Below are positions 36,159 to 47,800 of a DNA stretch of 64,000 bases, one piece after another (position 1 is the first letter of the stretch; each line of letters begins with the position of its first letter). The DNA lies in IMG/VR virus record IMGVR_UViG_3300035696_000029, positions 1 through 64,000 of that record. One strand, given 5' to 3'. The translations under genes were made by a program, and so were the position numbers. The DNA is from a virus (Duplodnaviria > Caudoviricetes). The notes beneath the pieces are model-generated. The model saw only the letters and a list, made by a program, of their open reading frames with translations. It was not told the origin of the DNA and did not search any database.

Positions 36159-36161
36159 TTC

Positions 36162-36683
36162 TCAGTTTCCCGTACCTTCATTGAAGAACTTGTTCAGTGC
36201 TTCGGCAAGTCGCCATGGGCTGCCCTCGTCATACGGGAATGAATATGGGTATGTCCAGGGAGGTTCAACTTTAGCAGGTCCATAACACGCGGCCATGATG
36301 TCGTAAAGTTGCTTTTCAGTGATGCTCCGTTTTACTTCTTTTTGCATCGTCTCCGCAGAGTGGACAGACTTCTCTGCTGGCTTCCAAGATCTTCGTAGAA
36401 AATTCTTGGTATCATGTTTCCAGAAATTGTACCAGCGACTGAATGGGCAGAAGAAAATGTCTTCATGCATTTGTGAAGGCGGTCGTCCCCAAGGGTAAAC
36501 TTTGGGTGTTAGAAGTCCTCCACACTGGCAGCGAAAACATTCACATTGCCAGAAACGAACGGTAGTTTCATCTATAGGCTGATTTTTACAATCGGGGCAC
36601 CAATGACTGTAGGTTCCCTCAAGTATTTTCCCATAAAGTTCCGTGCATTCGGTAAACCATTCTTTAGACCAAGGTGCGCTCAT
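36162..36683 (-). CDS. hypothetical Cys-rich protein (173 aa)
   Basis: HWCPDC...CECF.CQC; AAGGA RBS. Confidence 0.65.
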   Translation of the reverse strand: MSAPWSKEWFTECTELYGKILEGTYSHWCPDCKNQPIDETTVRFWQCECFRCQCGGLLTPKVYPWGRPPSQMHEDIFFCPFSRWYNFWKHDTKNFLRRSWKPAEKSVHSAETMQKEVKRSITEKQLYDIMAACYGPAKVEPPWTYPYSFPYDEGSPWRLAEALNKFFNEGTGN

Positions 36684-36694
36684 GCATTTATCCT

Positions 36695-36905
36695 TTAGTT
36701 GACATAAATTACTTCATCTACGCAATCAACCTGAAAGACATTTCCATCTTTATCTTGATACTTCTTTCCAGCCCTATAGGAACCAGGCAGTTCCTTGCAA
36801 GTTGCATAGATGCGTTTTGCTTCACTCCAAAAATTAGCAGGACAATAGACTTGAGATGGAAGTAATTCAGACACAGAACCCCCGAAAATGAACTTCTACC
36901 TTCAT
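36695..36905 (-). pseudogene. small gene requiring a +1 shift (or GTG-started 59-aa ORF)
   Basis: ATG 36905 frame stops after 12 codons; +1 frame open to TAA 36695; span 211 nt = 70 codons + 1. Confidence 0.45.
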
Positions 36906-36907
36906 TT

Positions 36908-36939
36908 TGATACTACGGAGGAGGAAAACGAAAGGGTTA
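36908..36939 (-). promoter_or_regulatory. copy of the phage promoter motif
   Basis: TAACCCTTT-N13-CGTAGTATCA. Confidence 0.55.
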
Positions 36940-37380
36940 GGATTCTTGCGATTTACCAGTACGATCGACTAAAATAGCTAAACTGGTCTTCATGTCGGCT
37001 GCAATTTCTAGGTGTTTGCCTTGCATTTCAATTAGACGATCCAACTTAACATTTTGCTGCCCGACTCCAGCTTCGATGTGAGAGAGATGATTTGTATCTA
37101 AGACGCCGACTTCCCTTAAAATTTGTTGCGCTTTTTCATCGCCTTCTTTTTTAGCAGTTTCTACTGCTGATAAAGCCAACTTTTTGGCATCTTCAATAGT
37201 TTTAAGAGTTGTCTGTGCCAGTTGACGATCGCTATTTTGATTCGTTAAGAAGTTGTCAAATGCTCCTCTAGCTTTCCAAGCGAGAGCAGAGCAATAAACA
37301 GCGCAAGCGCATAAAACGCTCCAACCAACTGTAGGCATTCGGGCATCTATAGCATTCCACACTGACGGGGCATCTAGCAT
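36937..37380 (-). CDS. holin-like single-TM coiled-coil membrane protein
   Basis: N-terminal TM then heptad tail; directly downstream of terminase. Confidence 0.45.
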   Translation of the reverse strand: MLDAPSVWNAIDARMPTVGWSVLCACAVYCSALAWKARGAFDNFLTNQNSDRQLAQTTLKTIEDAKKLALSAVETAKKEGDEKAQQILREVGVLDTNHLSHIEAGVGQQNVKLDRLIEMQGKHLEIAADMKTSLAILVDRTGKSQES

Positions 37381-37464
37381 ATGTTTGTCTTAGCTTTCTA
37401 AGTTATTGGAAGTGAATACACCTTAAACAAAATCTCCCTGTATATAGTGTAGAAAATCAAAAAT

Positions 37465-39447
37465 TTAACGTCTTTTTCTATGGTAGAACGGACTAACCAC
37501 TGGAGTACCACCTCCCAGTCCCTGTTGGGTCATAATCCTACGTTGACGATCCAGGATTTTTAGCTCTTGCAAGCTGACTCCATCTAGCCCTAGAATAGGT
37601 GCGGCGGGTTTATTCATTTGCTCTTGCACAACTAGACTCAAACCTGTGGGATCTAGCATCATGCGTCCTTCTTCCTGTAACCAGTTAAGTGCCAAGAATG
37701 CATTACCTTGCGTAGCATCGGACATATCGTCATGAGCATCTTTTTCTAGTGGAGCTTCGACCTTGACCATGTACTTGGTTGTGTACTGCGCTTCAACCAT
37801 TTTCATTTCATGAATGTACTTAGGAACATAAGGAAAACTCACCGATCCCTTATCAATATAGCCCTTTAAAGCAAAGGCCATTCGGGAGTTCATAGCAGGT
37901 GTAAGGTTTATCAACTCTATATTATGAATTTGGTTAATTTCCAGCAATTGAACCAGCATTTGTCCACCAAATTGATCCGTGCCTCCTCGGAAGCAAGGCA
38001 TTATCTGATTTAGCAATTTGAGCCAGTGAACTACATCCTCCAACGGGAGTGTTTTATAATTTATATACTTCTTAGTTTCAACATATTCATTCTGAGGCCA
38101 ACCAGGCCACTCAAAAGCTTCTTTTACCATCATGCGATCAATGTAGTCAAAGATCAATCTGATGCCCGTTGCACCACCCGATTCCAAGTGAGAAATAGCA
38201 ACGGCGGTAGCATCATGATCAAAAGCCAAATCTATCCACCAGAAGTATTGACGACCAATGTTGAGAGGAGTAAAATGTGTGCAATTTAAACGGGCTGTAC
38301 TAGGAATAACTTCTCCCTTTTCATCCCATTTACAATCGACACAAGCTTTCAATTGAGATTCTTTAATGTACGATTCGGACGATTCTAGGAATTCACCACC
38401 AAATTCGGCTTTCCATGTTAAAGAGTTCTTAGAATATTGATCGCGCAATTCCTCTTCAGGAATGCGAGGATTCATCTCTGCGGTAGAAACCCGCATAGTA
38501 AAGGTTTTGCTGTCGGCACCTTCTTCGATAGCCATTTTGTGCAAATCATACATCTTACCAATCTTTTTCCACGGACTGCTGATGGATAAGATAAGACGAT
38601 CGATAACAGTAAAGGGATCATTTGTCTCAGGATCTATCTCAGTGTGAGAGAAGTTTGTAGTGGCGGGAGTAGCCGCGCTGTAAACTTCATCCGAAGACGA
38701 ACCTTTAGCCGAACGGAAATGAGCAAATTCATCAAATGCTAAGAAGACTGATGAAGGTCCACGAACCGCCGTAGTGGTACAAGGATAGGAGGCCACCTTG
38801 ATGGTTGGAGTAATGTCACGCTTATGACGATCTGCTTCGGATACAAACTTCATTTCCGAGTTGGAATTGACTCGGATATAGGGATTGAAGAAAGGACTAC
38901 GGTTAACGTCTTCTTGCAATTTAGAGAATAAGCGGTTAGCTCCATCGTCATCCTGTGCCAAGAAAGTAAAATCAATAGGTGAGCCGGGAATCAATTTCCA
39001 GAATTCCTGTGGCGAACGGATATTCAACAGACGATAGAGAGCATAACCTCCAGCAGCCGATACACACTGACTTTTCCCACCTCGGCGTCCAGCAAATACA
39101 CAAGCTTCATGGTATCCACCTTCAGGTATATCTCGCCAATCATTAACATTACAGCGACCTTGATCGTTTAGAATATGGATAAATTCGGCTTCAGAAACTT
39201 CTCGTTCTAGGACTGTGTGGAATGGGTCCCACATCTGGACCTTTACAGGCTTGTAATCAAAGGGGACACCATAGATAGCTTTAACGATAACTCTCTGAAC
39301 AGGATAAAGCGTAATTCCGAGACCTAGAGGAGACTCAATGAAATCGATAGCATTGAGAATCTCATGGGAATCCTGAATGGTGCTGTGGACAATTTTTCCG
39401 AAAACACTACCAGCAGTTTTTCGGCTAAAACGTTCTTGACGTGGCAT
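37465..39447 (-). CDS. terL: terminase large subunit
   Basis: Walker A GRRGGKS, Walker B FLAFDEFAHF, SISSP coupling motif, RNase H-like IDLAFDHD...HDDMSDA. Confidence 0.95.
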   Translation of the reverse strand: MPRQERFSRKTAGSVFGKIVHSTIQDSHEILNAIDFIESPLGLGITLYPVQRVIVKAIYGVPFDYKPVKVQMWDPFHTVLEREVSEAEFIHILNDQGRCNVNDWRDIPEGGYHEACVFAGRRGGKSQCVSAAGGYALYRLLNIRSPQEFWKLIPGSPIDFTFLAQDDDGANRLFSKLQEDVNRSPFFNPYIRVNSNSEMKFVSEADRHKRDITPTIKVASYPCTTTAVRGPSSVFLAFDEFAHFRSAKGSSSDEVYSAATPATTNFSHTEIDPETNDPFTVIDRLILSISSPWKKIGKMYDLHKMAIEEGADSKTFTMRVSTAEMNPRIPEEELRDQYSKNSLTWKAEFGGEFLESSESYIKESQLKACVDCKWDEKGEVIPSTARLNCTHFTPLNIGRQYFWWIDLAFDHDATAVAISHLESGGATGIRLIFDYIDRMMVKEAFEWPGWPQNEYVETKKYINYKTLPLEDVVHWLKLLNQIMPCFRGGTDQFGGQMLVQLLEINQIHNIELINLTPAMNSRMAFALKGYIDKGSVSFPYVPKYIHEMKMVEAQYTTKYMVKVEAPLEKDAHDDMSDATQGNAFLALNWLQEEGRMMLDPTGLSLVVQEQMNKPAAPILGLDGVSLQELKILDRQRRIMTQQGLGGGTPVVSPFYHRKRR

Positions 39448-39491
39448 TCAAACCCTTCTAAGTGACTGCTGTTAAATGGGTTTGATATTGA

Positions 39492-40019
39492 TCAGAAGAT
39501 AACAAAGACTCGGAGACGATATTCTTCGCACATGGGAGAATACATGTAGTAGACGCCTTCAGCATCATCCCATACAACATAGTAGCTATACTCATCGGCC
39601 CAGCATGCTGGCCAAGGATCGTAAAATCCCCACCAGAATCCACCAATATAAAAGTGAGATCCGCGCTCTCGCGGCCACCCGTGCCAATGAAAGTCCCGTC
39701 CACGATATTCATGTTCACGGCCAAAAGAACGGCCATAATGATCATTACGCAAACGTCCATCGCGAATATCTACATGAGGAGTACGATAGGCATTTTGATG
39801 TTGAACAGGTTGACTAAATCTCGAGGAATTTGAAGATCTTGTAGTGGACCGATAAGTTGATGAAGTATTGGATCTAGGAGCAGAAGCATGTGTGCTGCCC
39901 ATACTACCACGACTTGCACCACCTCCACCTGAATGACTACCTCCACCATTATGCTGTGACAGAGCAACCGGGCTAAGTAGCAACATTGCTGCTACTAGAA
40001 AAAGAATCTTCTTTATCAT
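39492..40019 (-). CDS. secreted Gly/Ser/Arg-rich protein with aromatic C-terminal domain
   Basis: Signal peptide MIKKILFLVAAMLLLSPVALS; GGGSHSGGGG linker; W/Y-rich tail. Confidence 0.7.
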   Translation of the reverse strand: MIKKILFLVAAMLLLSPVALSQHNGGGSHSGGGGASRGSMGSTHASAPRSNTSSTYRSTTRSSNSSRFSQPVQHQNAYRTPHVDIRDGRLRNDHYGRSFGREHEYRGRDFHWHGWPRERGSHFYIGGFWWGFYDPWPACWADEYSYYVVWDDAEGVYYMYSPMCEEYRLRVFVIF

Positions 40020-40034
40020 ATAGCCTCCATAAAC

Positions 40035-41888
40035 TTAAGTACTGTACATCTTGTAAGCTGGCCAAGTTTCGAAACGAGTCAAAAAACTGTTGTCAGCGTT
40101 TCGATCTGCCATTGCCCAAGTAAATTGAGCCGAACTCTTATAAGGATCTAAAGCAGGGAATGCTTCTTTGGCAGCTGCAAAATTAGGGAATGATTGAACT
40201 CCCCAACCATCCGGGGTTATTTGACCATTTTTTACACCTACAACTTGAACAGGATAATCAGGTGAAAATCCTACCCATGCTGCTGTTTTACTAGAAGAAC
40301 CAAATCGCGGATCTCGCTTTTTAGGAATATAATCTGAACCTGGTATCGAGCGAGGCACCCAATCTGTAACTGGACGACCCTTAGCTTCATCCCATTTTAA
40401 ACCGTATTGAGCTAAAATTTGTTTAGATTCTTCTACACTGGGACCGCCCATCACACCCAGCATAGGTGCGGGCATCTTTAGATTTTGTATCGCAATCTTT
40501 AATTGAGCATACTCAGGAGTGCCCTTTTCTGGCATTGGCTTTGTAATCTTAGTTGAAGGTGTCCGTCCATGACGACGATCGTATTCTTCTTTACCTTGTT
40601 GAACAGCGTTCTGCATTTCTGGATCAACAGGAGGAGTCAAAGCAGCTTTACTTGTTCGTTTTCCTACAGCATGACTAGCTTTGGTTTGCTGCATCATACG
40701 GAAAACAGGTGAGTCTTTGGGTTCGTTTTCAAAATAAGTCTCCCAATCGCGACGTTTGTTGGGATCGTTCTCGTAGTTACTTTCCCACAATTTGTAGAAT
40801 TCATCTTCAAATGGAGCAAATTGCTCTTGAATAGCGTCATAAGCTTGATTGTAAGCTTCTTCACTCATGTTGCCCCAATTTCCAGAACGCTGATCTTGAA
40901 TATCGCTAACATCGACCCGAGCAGCTTGTGAGAAGATCTTAGCAATATCTTCTCGGCCCTTATCCTTGAAGAATTTTGCTGTACGATGAATCATGCTAGG
41001 CACATTATATTCTTCGCGGTTACGACCCGAATAATTATCCCACAATTGCATAAAACCACCGTTCAGAACTTGAGCAACAACGATTTCCGCATCTTCTTGA
41101 TAAGGATGAACTGCTGCTGCTTTTAGACTTGCTTTCTTAGGAAGAGGATTTTTCTCAGATGCACGTACTTCTTGTACAAGTTCACTGCAATTTATACGGA
41201 GGCCACTCTTTACCAATTCACCAATGATTTGAGGATAGTTTACCGTAACAACATGACCCTTTGATAATCCAATAGGTTCTGCTGATGGACGACCGCCATG
41301 AGTTCCCATAGGCTCAATAGGAAAAGGAACAGGCATACCTTCTTGATAAACAAAGACTAAAGTCCACTCGCGACCAAACATGTTACCATATTGTTTTACG
41401 CAAGAATCAGGCAGTTGTTCTCCACCTGTCCAATTGGCATATTCTTGCTCAGCTTGTTCTAAGTATTGTGATCCTTTGTATTTAAGGACTAGTCTGTAAC
41501 CTTGACCTTGTAAAGCGGAAGCAAATTGTGCCATATCTCCGCTTATTTCAGGAACAACAACAGATTTGGTACTCTTGAGTTTATCTCTAGAAATACTGAA
41601 CGCTGCGTCAGGATCGCCAAGAGGACAAACTCTCCAAAGATTTCCTGTGCTTTCCAAAACTTCTACTGGTTCGCCTTTCCACATGTAAGTCTCGGGAGCT
41701 ACACCTGGTGCAGCAGCGCCATCGGCGGTTTGTAAGAAAGCAGCAAAACGAGAAGGGAGACCAGTACGATCAAATGCTTTTCCTAATTCTAGGCTAGCTT
41801 GATCGCCAGCATTCTTTTGCACGCTTTCAATAGCATCACTGAAATCATCTGCTGTAATATGAAAATCTTCAAGTCGATTCTGGCTCAC
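40035..41888 (-). CDS. modular head-associated protein (617 aa) with KxA-bounded cassettes, one DMP19-like
   Basis: KNA, KKASLKAAA, KAA, KTAA boundaries; VLNGGFMQLWDN...FEDEFY module. Confidence 0.6.
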   Translation of the reverse strand: MSQNRLEDFHITADDFSDAIESVQKNAGDQASLELGKAFDRTGLPSRFAAFLQTADGAAAPGVAPETYMWKGEPVEVLESTGNLWRVCPLGDPDAAFSISRDKLKSTKSVVVPEISGDMAQFASALQGQGYRLVLKYKGSQYLEQAEQEYANWTGGEQLPDSCVKQYGNMFGREWTLVFVYQEGMPVPFPIEPMGTHGGRPSAEPIGLSKGHVVTVNYPQIIGELVKSGLRINCSELVQEVRASEKNPLPKKASLKAAAVHPYQEDAEIVVAQVLNGGFMQLWDNYSGRNREEYNVPSMIHRTAKFFKDKGREDIAKIFSQAARVDVSDIQDQRSGNWGNMSEEAYNQAYDAIQEQFAPFEDEFYKLWESNYENDPNKRRDWETYFENEPKDSPVFRMMQQTKASHAVGKRTSKAALTPPVDPEMQNAVQQGKEEYDRRHGRTPSTKITKPMPEKGTPEYAQLKIAIQNLKMPAPMLGVMGGPSVEESKQILAQYGLKWDEAKGRPVTDWVPRSIPGSDYIPKKRDPRFGSSSKTAAWVGFSPDYPVQVVGVKNGQITPDGWGVQSFPNFAAAKEAFPALDPYKSSAQFTWAMADRNADNSFLTRFETWPAYKMYST

Positions 41889-41890
41889 TG

Positions 41891-44800
41891 TTATGCTCCT
41901 TGAGCTTCACGAGTTCCTACAACGAACTTATACTTCATCACCATAGTGTCCGTATCGATGCTCTCAGCACGGACAAAAACTTCGTACACGAAGCCACCAT
42001 CTTGTTCTTTATTCCAAACAGCCGATTGTGCCCAAGCATCATTAATGGCATTCTGGATTTCTCCATCGTTCAATTTGTCTAACAAATACTTTACACGAGA
42101 AGCCGGATCAACAACCGTGGCATCTACAGGCATAAATCCTGGCTGTGCCTTTTCTACTTGAGCCAGTTGAACTTCACCCATACCGGGAACCTTATCCATC
42201 AATGGGCGAGAAGTAACCTTGAATGCTGAGACTAGAGCGGCTGCAATTTCACCGCAGACTTTCTTTAAGAATTTGGAGAATTGCTTAGGTTCGTCTGATG
42301 CTGCTACTTTCTTACTTACAATAGCTAGAGCCGAACCATCTGGACCCGGAGTATACTGCTGATGAAATTCATCCGTAAACATCATACCACGGATGTCGTT
42401 TTCTTTACGAAGCGGAGCACCCTCTAACACTTCGGGCTTACCATCACGACCTATGCCCGCACCAGCTGCAGGAGAAGTACTCACATAACTAAGTTTGGTG
42501 GTATCAAGAGATTCATCGGCTGCCTCGGCGATGTCGCTATCGTAACCCTGAGAAATGTCGATATCCTCAATCATAGGACTGTTGGTGTCGTTTGGATAGT
42601 CTACGAGTTCATGCTGAAGTTCAGGATAGAATTCGCGCAGAGCTTGTCCTGGGAAGAAGAAATTGAATCCTGCTTTCTTTTCAGCTGGGACTTTGTAGTA
42701 TCCTTTTCCGTTGCACTTTACACAGTTAGGATTATCTTTTCCATTGCAGTAGGAACACTTTTCCCAAGTTTGACCTTTTTCGTCTTTCCACTGATTGCTT
42801 GATTTCTTTTCTTTCTTGAAAAATGGTTCCATATTACGTTCCTTCCGATCCTTTGCAGTTTTAGCTTCTTTCTTTGCAAATTCAACATCGGCTACTGCTT
42901 GAGCATCACTCGTGGTCATGCCCTCGGCTTCAAGTTCGCGCACACGCTTGGCATAACCCGGTGGATCGTTTGGAGCATCTTGCTTCTTATCCCAACATTC
43001 TTGACAATATCCAAAATAAGGAACAGGTCTTTCTCTCCTGCATTCCTTACAGTTTCCTATTGTTGTTTGATGCTCGTAACCGTCAGCTTCTTTTTCTTGA
43101 ATTGCACTAATCATCGGCGTATGTCCATCTATGTCCGTTCCACCATCAGCTCCAGTAGAACCATCATTTGTAATTGGTATCTTTGATGCTGAAGCAATAT
43201 TGATAATCACCTGAGTTCCGGCATTACCTTCAGCTTTCGGGACAGTCACTTCTTCCACTTTACCTACACCAGGAACATGAACATCCGTTTCTACTCCATG
43301 ATCTTTAGCCGCATTTTGAACTTGCTCTAATTCGTTTTCCTTTTCACCAATGCTCTTGCCAACTTCCATCTCCTGTTGAGTCTCAAGAGCCTCGCGCATA
43401 GCATTTACATTTCCGCTTTCGGGTGATTCAAGATTGCCCGGCAGAACTAAAGTTCCTGTTGCTGTCTTTTTAGGAATTGTTCCCAACGTGGAACAAGTAG
43501 TACACTGTTTCTCATTACCACGAATTGCATGCTTAGTTTCACGACGACACTTTGAACAATATGAAGTCTGGAAACCGGAATTCTCATGCTCCTCAGCTGT
43601 CTTAGGATGAGTAGAAGCCCGAGGACATCCGCCATCCTTTGTCAACTCACACTTGCACACAGGGCAGTTGCCACTATCTTTTGCAGTCTTCTTGGAACCC
43701 TTCCGTTCGTACCATTCTGGATTTGTACTCATTAACTTTAGATATTCTACCGCACACTTTCGGCAAGCTGCTCTTAATTGAGCTTTACCGGATTCGGATT
43801 CTATATCAATTGGAACTCGAAGATCCCAAGCGACCGTTCTACCACACAGGGCAGGTGTATCGGCTCCGCCGCCTAACATAACTCCTTTCGGTCCCTTTTC
43901 ACGAATATGCCAAGGAGAAGCACCACCAGCTGTTACCGTTTCACAATAGAAGAATTTCGCATTTGCTAATTTATCTTCTGGTAGTTCGGGAGACTTCTTG
44001 TTCCAAAAGGCTGCTGTCTTTGTTGATCCCGAATGAGCATGCATGTCTTGCAAATGTTTCTTAGCTTTATCCTCTGTTGTATGAGAAGAAAGAATCTTAC
44101 CCGTTTCATGGGAATAGACACACCATTCCGCCAGATTACCATCGGAGTTCCGATGTCCAGGACAATGCTTAACGTAAGCAACTTTTTGCATAGAACCAAA
44201 TTTATCCACTAAACCCACATTTCCGCAATTATTGCACTTTGCTGCTCTTCCACCTTTAGAATTTATCCAAACAGTATTTCTACTCCCACAAACAGGACAA
44301 TTTCCAGGTCCCCCTCCCTTCTTATCGCCAGCAACTTTTTCGTCTTCTAATTGTAATTCTTTCACGCATCCATCGCAAAGAGACGTTATCCGCTCAACAG
44401 GTACTTTTAATTTATGGCAACGAGTGCAGCCCTTTAAAAGTGCCGTTTTAATGGATGCTGTTTGTTTAGATTGAGGAACATGCTCAATTTTAAGATTAGA
44501 AGAGCTAACTGCTCCGCAATTTAAACACTTAACTCCTTCTGGACATGTAGTAAGATCTTGGGCATTACACTCCCGTGCCACTTTTCCTATCTTTTTAGAT
44601 TCATGACCTGTTCCATCACAAGCACGGCAAACTCTACCATTTTGCATTCCTGAACCACCGCAAGCTTCGCAAACTACCCATGCTTTCTTTTCTATTTCAG
44701 AACTTGATTTCTCTTGCAATTCTTTTTCTTTCAGCCAACCAGGAATGTTCGGCTCGCCTTTCCCAACTTCAGCGGGTTTCTTATAAGGCCGCAATTTATC

Positions 44801-47800
44801 CATGTATTTCTCAACCAAAGCATTTACCGCTCCTGCTGGCTTCTGGATGTTAGCGTAGTCTTTTTGAAACTGCTCGGCATCTGGACCACGTAGGACGTAT
44901 TCACGTCCGTTCATAATGACGAGCATGTGGAAACCCTCTCCATCTTCTCCTTCCTCAACGGTAATTGAGGCATTCTTGATGTAAGAAGCTACTTTTTCAC
45001 GAGCAGACGATTCTTTGCGATGATAATGACCACACTTCGGGCAACGTTCTCCGCCAACTCCTTTGTTGCAACCGCATTGGTAACAATCAGCGGTCTTTAC
45101 TGTTGCCTCTTCTTTCTTATCGTCTTCAATTTTCTGCCAGCACTGATGGCAGAGTCCCTCATCATCTAAGCTACGATCCTTACCGCACTCTTTGCACTTT
45201 CCCATCTTGCGGGCAGTCTTTGAAGAAGCATTTTTAGCTAGATCTTCAAAACCAGACATATTAACAAAAGCTTTTTCTGTGAGATAACCATTTTGATCTA
45301 AATAATTTTTCTTCTGAAGTTCATTCAATACGAGAGGATCGGCATTTCCGCCTTCCATTGAATAATCAAAATTACGCCAATCTGTAATTCCATAATCATC
45401 AAGATTTATAGCTATATCGCCAATAAATTGCAATAAATCAGCAGCTTTTGCTGAAAGATCCAGTGCGGATGCAGTCTTAGATTCTTCCTTCTTTCCTTCT
45501 CGTTCTTTCTTTTGTTTTTCCCATTCCTCTTCATTAAAACCTTCTGGTGATCCTCGAGGAGAGCAGAATTTGCATTCACAACCATCTCTGTGGCCGCCAG
45601 CAGCTTTAGACTTTTCTTTTTTGCCTTTTGGGCATGACTTGTTGGCACCCTGAACAGACCATTTTTCTCCACAGTACTCACACTTGCCATCAACAAAAGA
45701 GTGAGGAGTAAACTTAGCAGCGGTCTTAGGTTCTTCCGATTCAGATTTTGATTCTTCAGATTTTGATTCTTCAACTTTCGATTCTTCAGGCTTCGGTTCT
45801 TGGGATTCCTGTTGCTTTGATTCCTGTTGCTTTGGTTCCTCATGCTTGGTAGCCGAATTCTCAAGAGCAGCGGGAACAGCCTGAGCCTGACTATCACTTA
45901 TGGATCTTTCCTTCTCAGGAGTATCCGATTTCGCTGATTCAGGCAAAGCGCCAATCCCACCTCCTGGCTTAGGTTGTTTGTTGTTCTCATCATTAGGCAC
46001 CTCAACCAGAGGTGCTTGACCCATGTCCTGTAAGACTTCATTCAAGATGTCATCATTGCTAGGAACATCGTCAGCAAACTTACGACGATCCCCATACTTC
46101 TTCTGTAACATTGCTTCATGCTTGGCTCGTTTATCCTGACTATGCTGCGAAGCAGCCACAAAACGCTCAATAGTCTCACCTTTCCAAGCAGATGAAGCTT
46201 GAATTTGGTACTCTGCATTGTCATCAACATCGGCAGTAACTTCTTTGTTGATGATGTCGTTCAGAAGACCTATAGAATCGACATACTGAACAGTTGATTC
46301 AGCCATGTTGCGTGGATCGATAAAACCGTCTTCAATTAGACCAGCAGCATCTTCATCCCAAACATCAAGGACTTCTTTATCACAACATTCGTCCATCAAA
46401 CGTATATTGAAACGGTCCCGCTCTTCCCACGTGGTCAAATGAAATTGATGACCTTTGTAGTCGTAGAATTCATTACGATCTTTGGCTTGCTTTATCAAAC
46501 TGCCCTTGACACTTCTGTAACCACCGTTGATTACATTTTCTATAGCACGCAAGTCACGCATGAGATCTTGCTTACCATAAGGAGCCGCTTGAAGCTTTTG
46601 AACAATTGTAGCACGATCATCGCCTGTTGCTTGTTCCAACTTTTGAATTTCTGCTTCTTGCCAACTGGTAAATTGATTTTCTATGGCTTTAAAAGTTGCA
46701 CCAGGTTTTTCCAGTAGACCATCGGTTAAATACTCGGCAGCAGAACTCAAAGTTTGGGATGGAGTTAATTCAGGATATGCTTTACTGAGTTTACCTGTAA
46801 CAAGCATACGATCCCCAACATATTCTACTAGACGGCGGAAACCGTAGCTGCGACGTGGATAGATATTTGTTAAACCCGGTTCTCCTACAATTACATCGGC
46901 ACCGCAAACTTCCTGCCAATGATCTCGTGGACCGCTATTTTCCCACATACCGTCAGAAATCTGACCCTCTAGTTCACAAGTCCACAGCCAAACTTGAGTC
47001 TTATTGGCAAAACGGATCTGCCCATCAGAAACACCAGCAGTCTTAACAGAAATGTCCGACAGATTACTGCTCTCGTGTATGCCGTAACCACCCGGAGCTT
47101 TAGGATCAAAGAAAGACTTTCTTGGACTATCTTTGGTTGCGGTCATTTGATACTCAATGGCTTGTTTCATGCCTTCAACACTATTGAAGCCACTAGGATA
47201 AGTATCCTGGATCCAACCATAATCAACAGGGTTGCCACCACGTTGTTTAATAGCATCCACCATTGCTGGATTATTTTTGAAGAATTTTGGTCCAGTTGTG
47301 TGCCAATGGCAAACTCGCCCACCCTGAAGATGTCCTTCTATTTGCACATCAATACGACGATCTCCTCCAACTTCTTTTTCATAAGTAAAGGGAGCACTGC
47401 GGCTCGTGCGCTTAAAACCCAAGGCACGAAGCTCTCTAAAATAATCTGAATCAGCAGTCTTAACAGCAGCACGCTTTGGAGTTCCGTCGGAATTCAATTC
47501 AATACCGATTGGTTCTTGTTCGCTTTCATGAGCTTTGGCTGCTTCTTCATTGAATTTGACTTCACTAACTTCTTTATTCTTCTTAGCATCGGCAGCTTCG
47601 GTACCTGGTCCAACGTTGGTTGTTCCTGCGGGTACACCATGTGGTGCTTCGCAAGCTTCTTTAGAAGATTTCTTTGTCTTTTGGCATTCAGCACAAAGTT
47701 TTTCTTTTGTTATTTGATGGCATTCATTAGATCCACGATGAGCGGGGCAAGCATGATCAGAGCATTCACAAAAATGATCTTTTTTAGCAGCTAAACGAGG

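Noticed and set aside
44098-44125. TACCCGTTT on the + strand
   Set aside because: Inside a coding region, antisense, and no CGTAG at N13.
45730-45845. EESK/QESK short repeats as a CRISPR or DNA repeat array
   Set aside because: In-frame low-complexity coding repeats with no spacers. No CRISPR array seen in the window.
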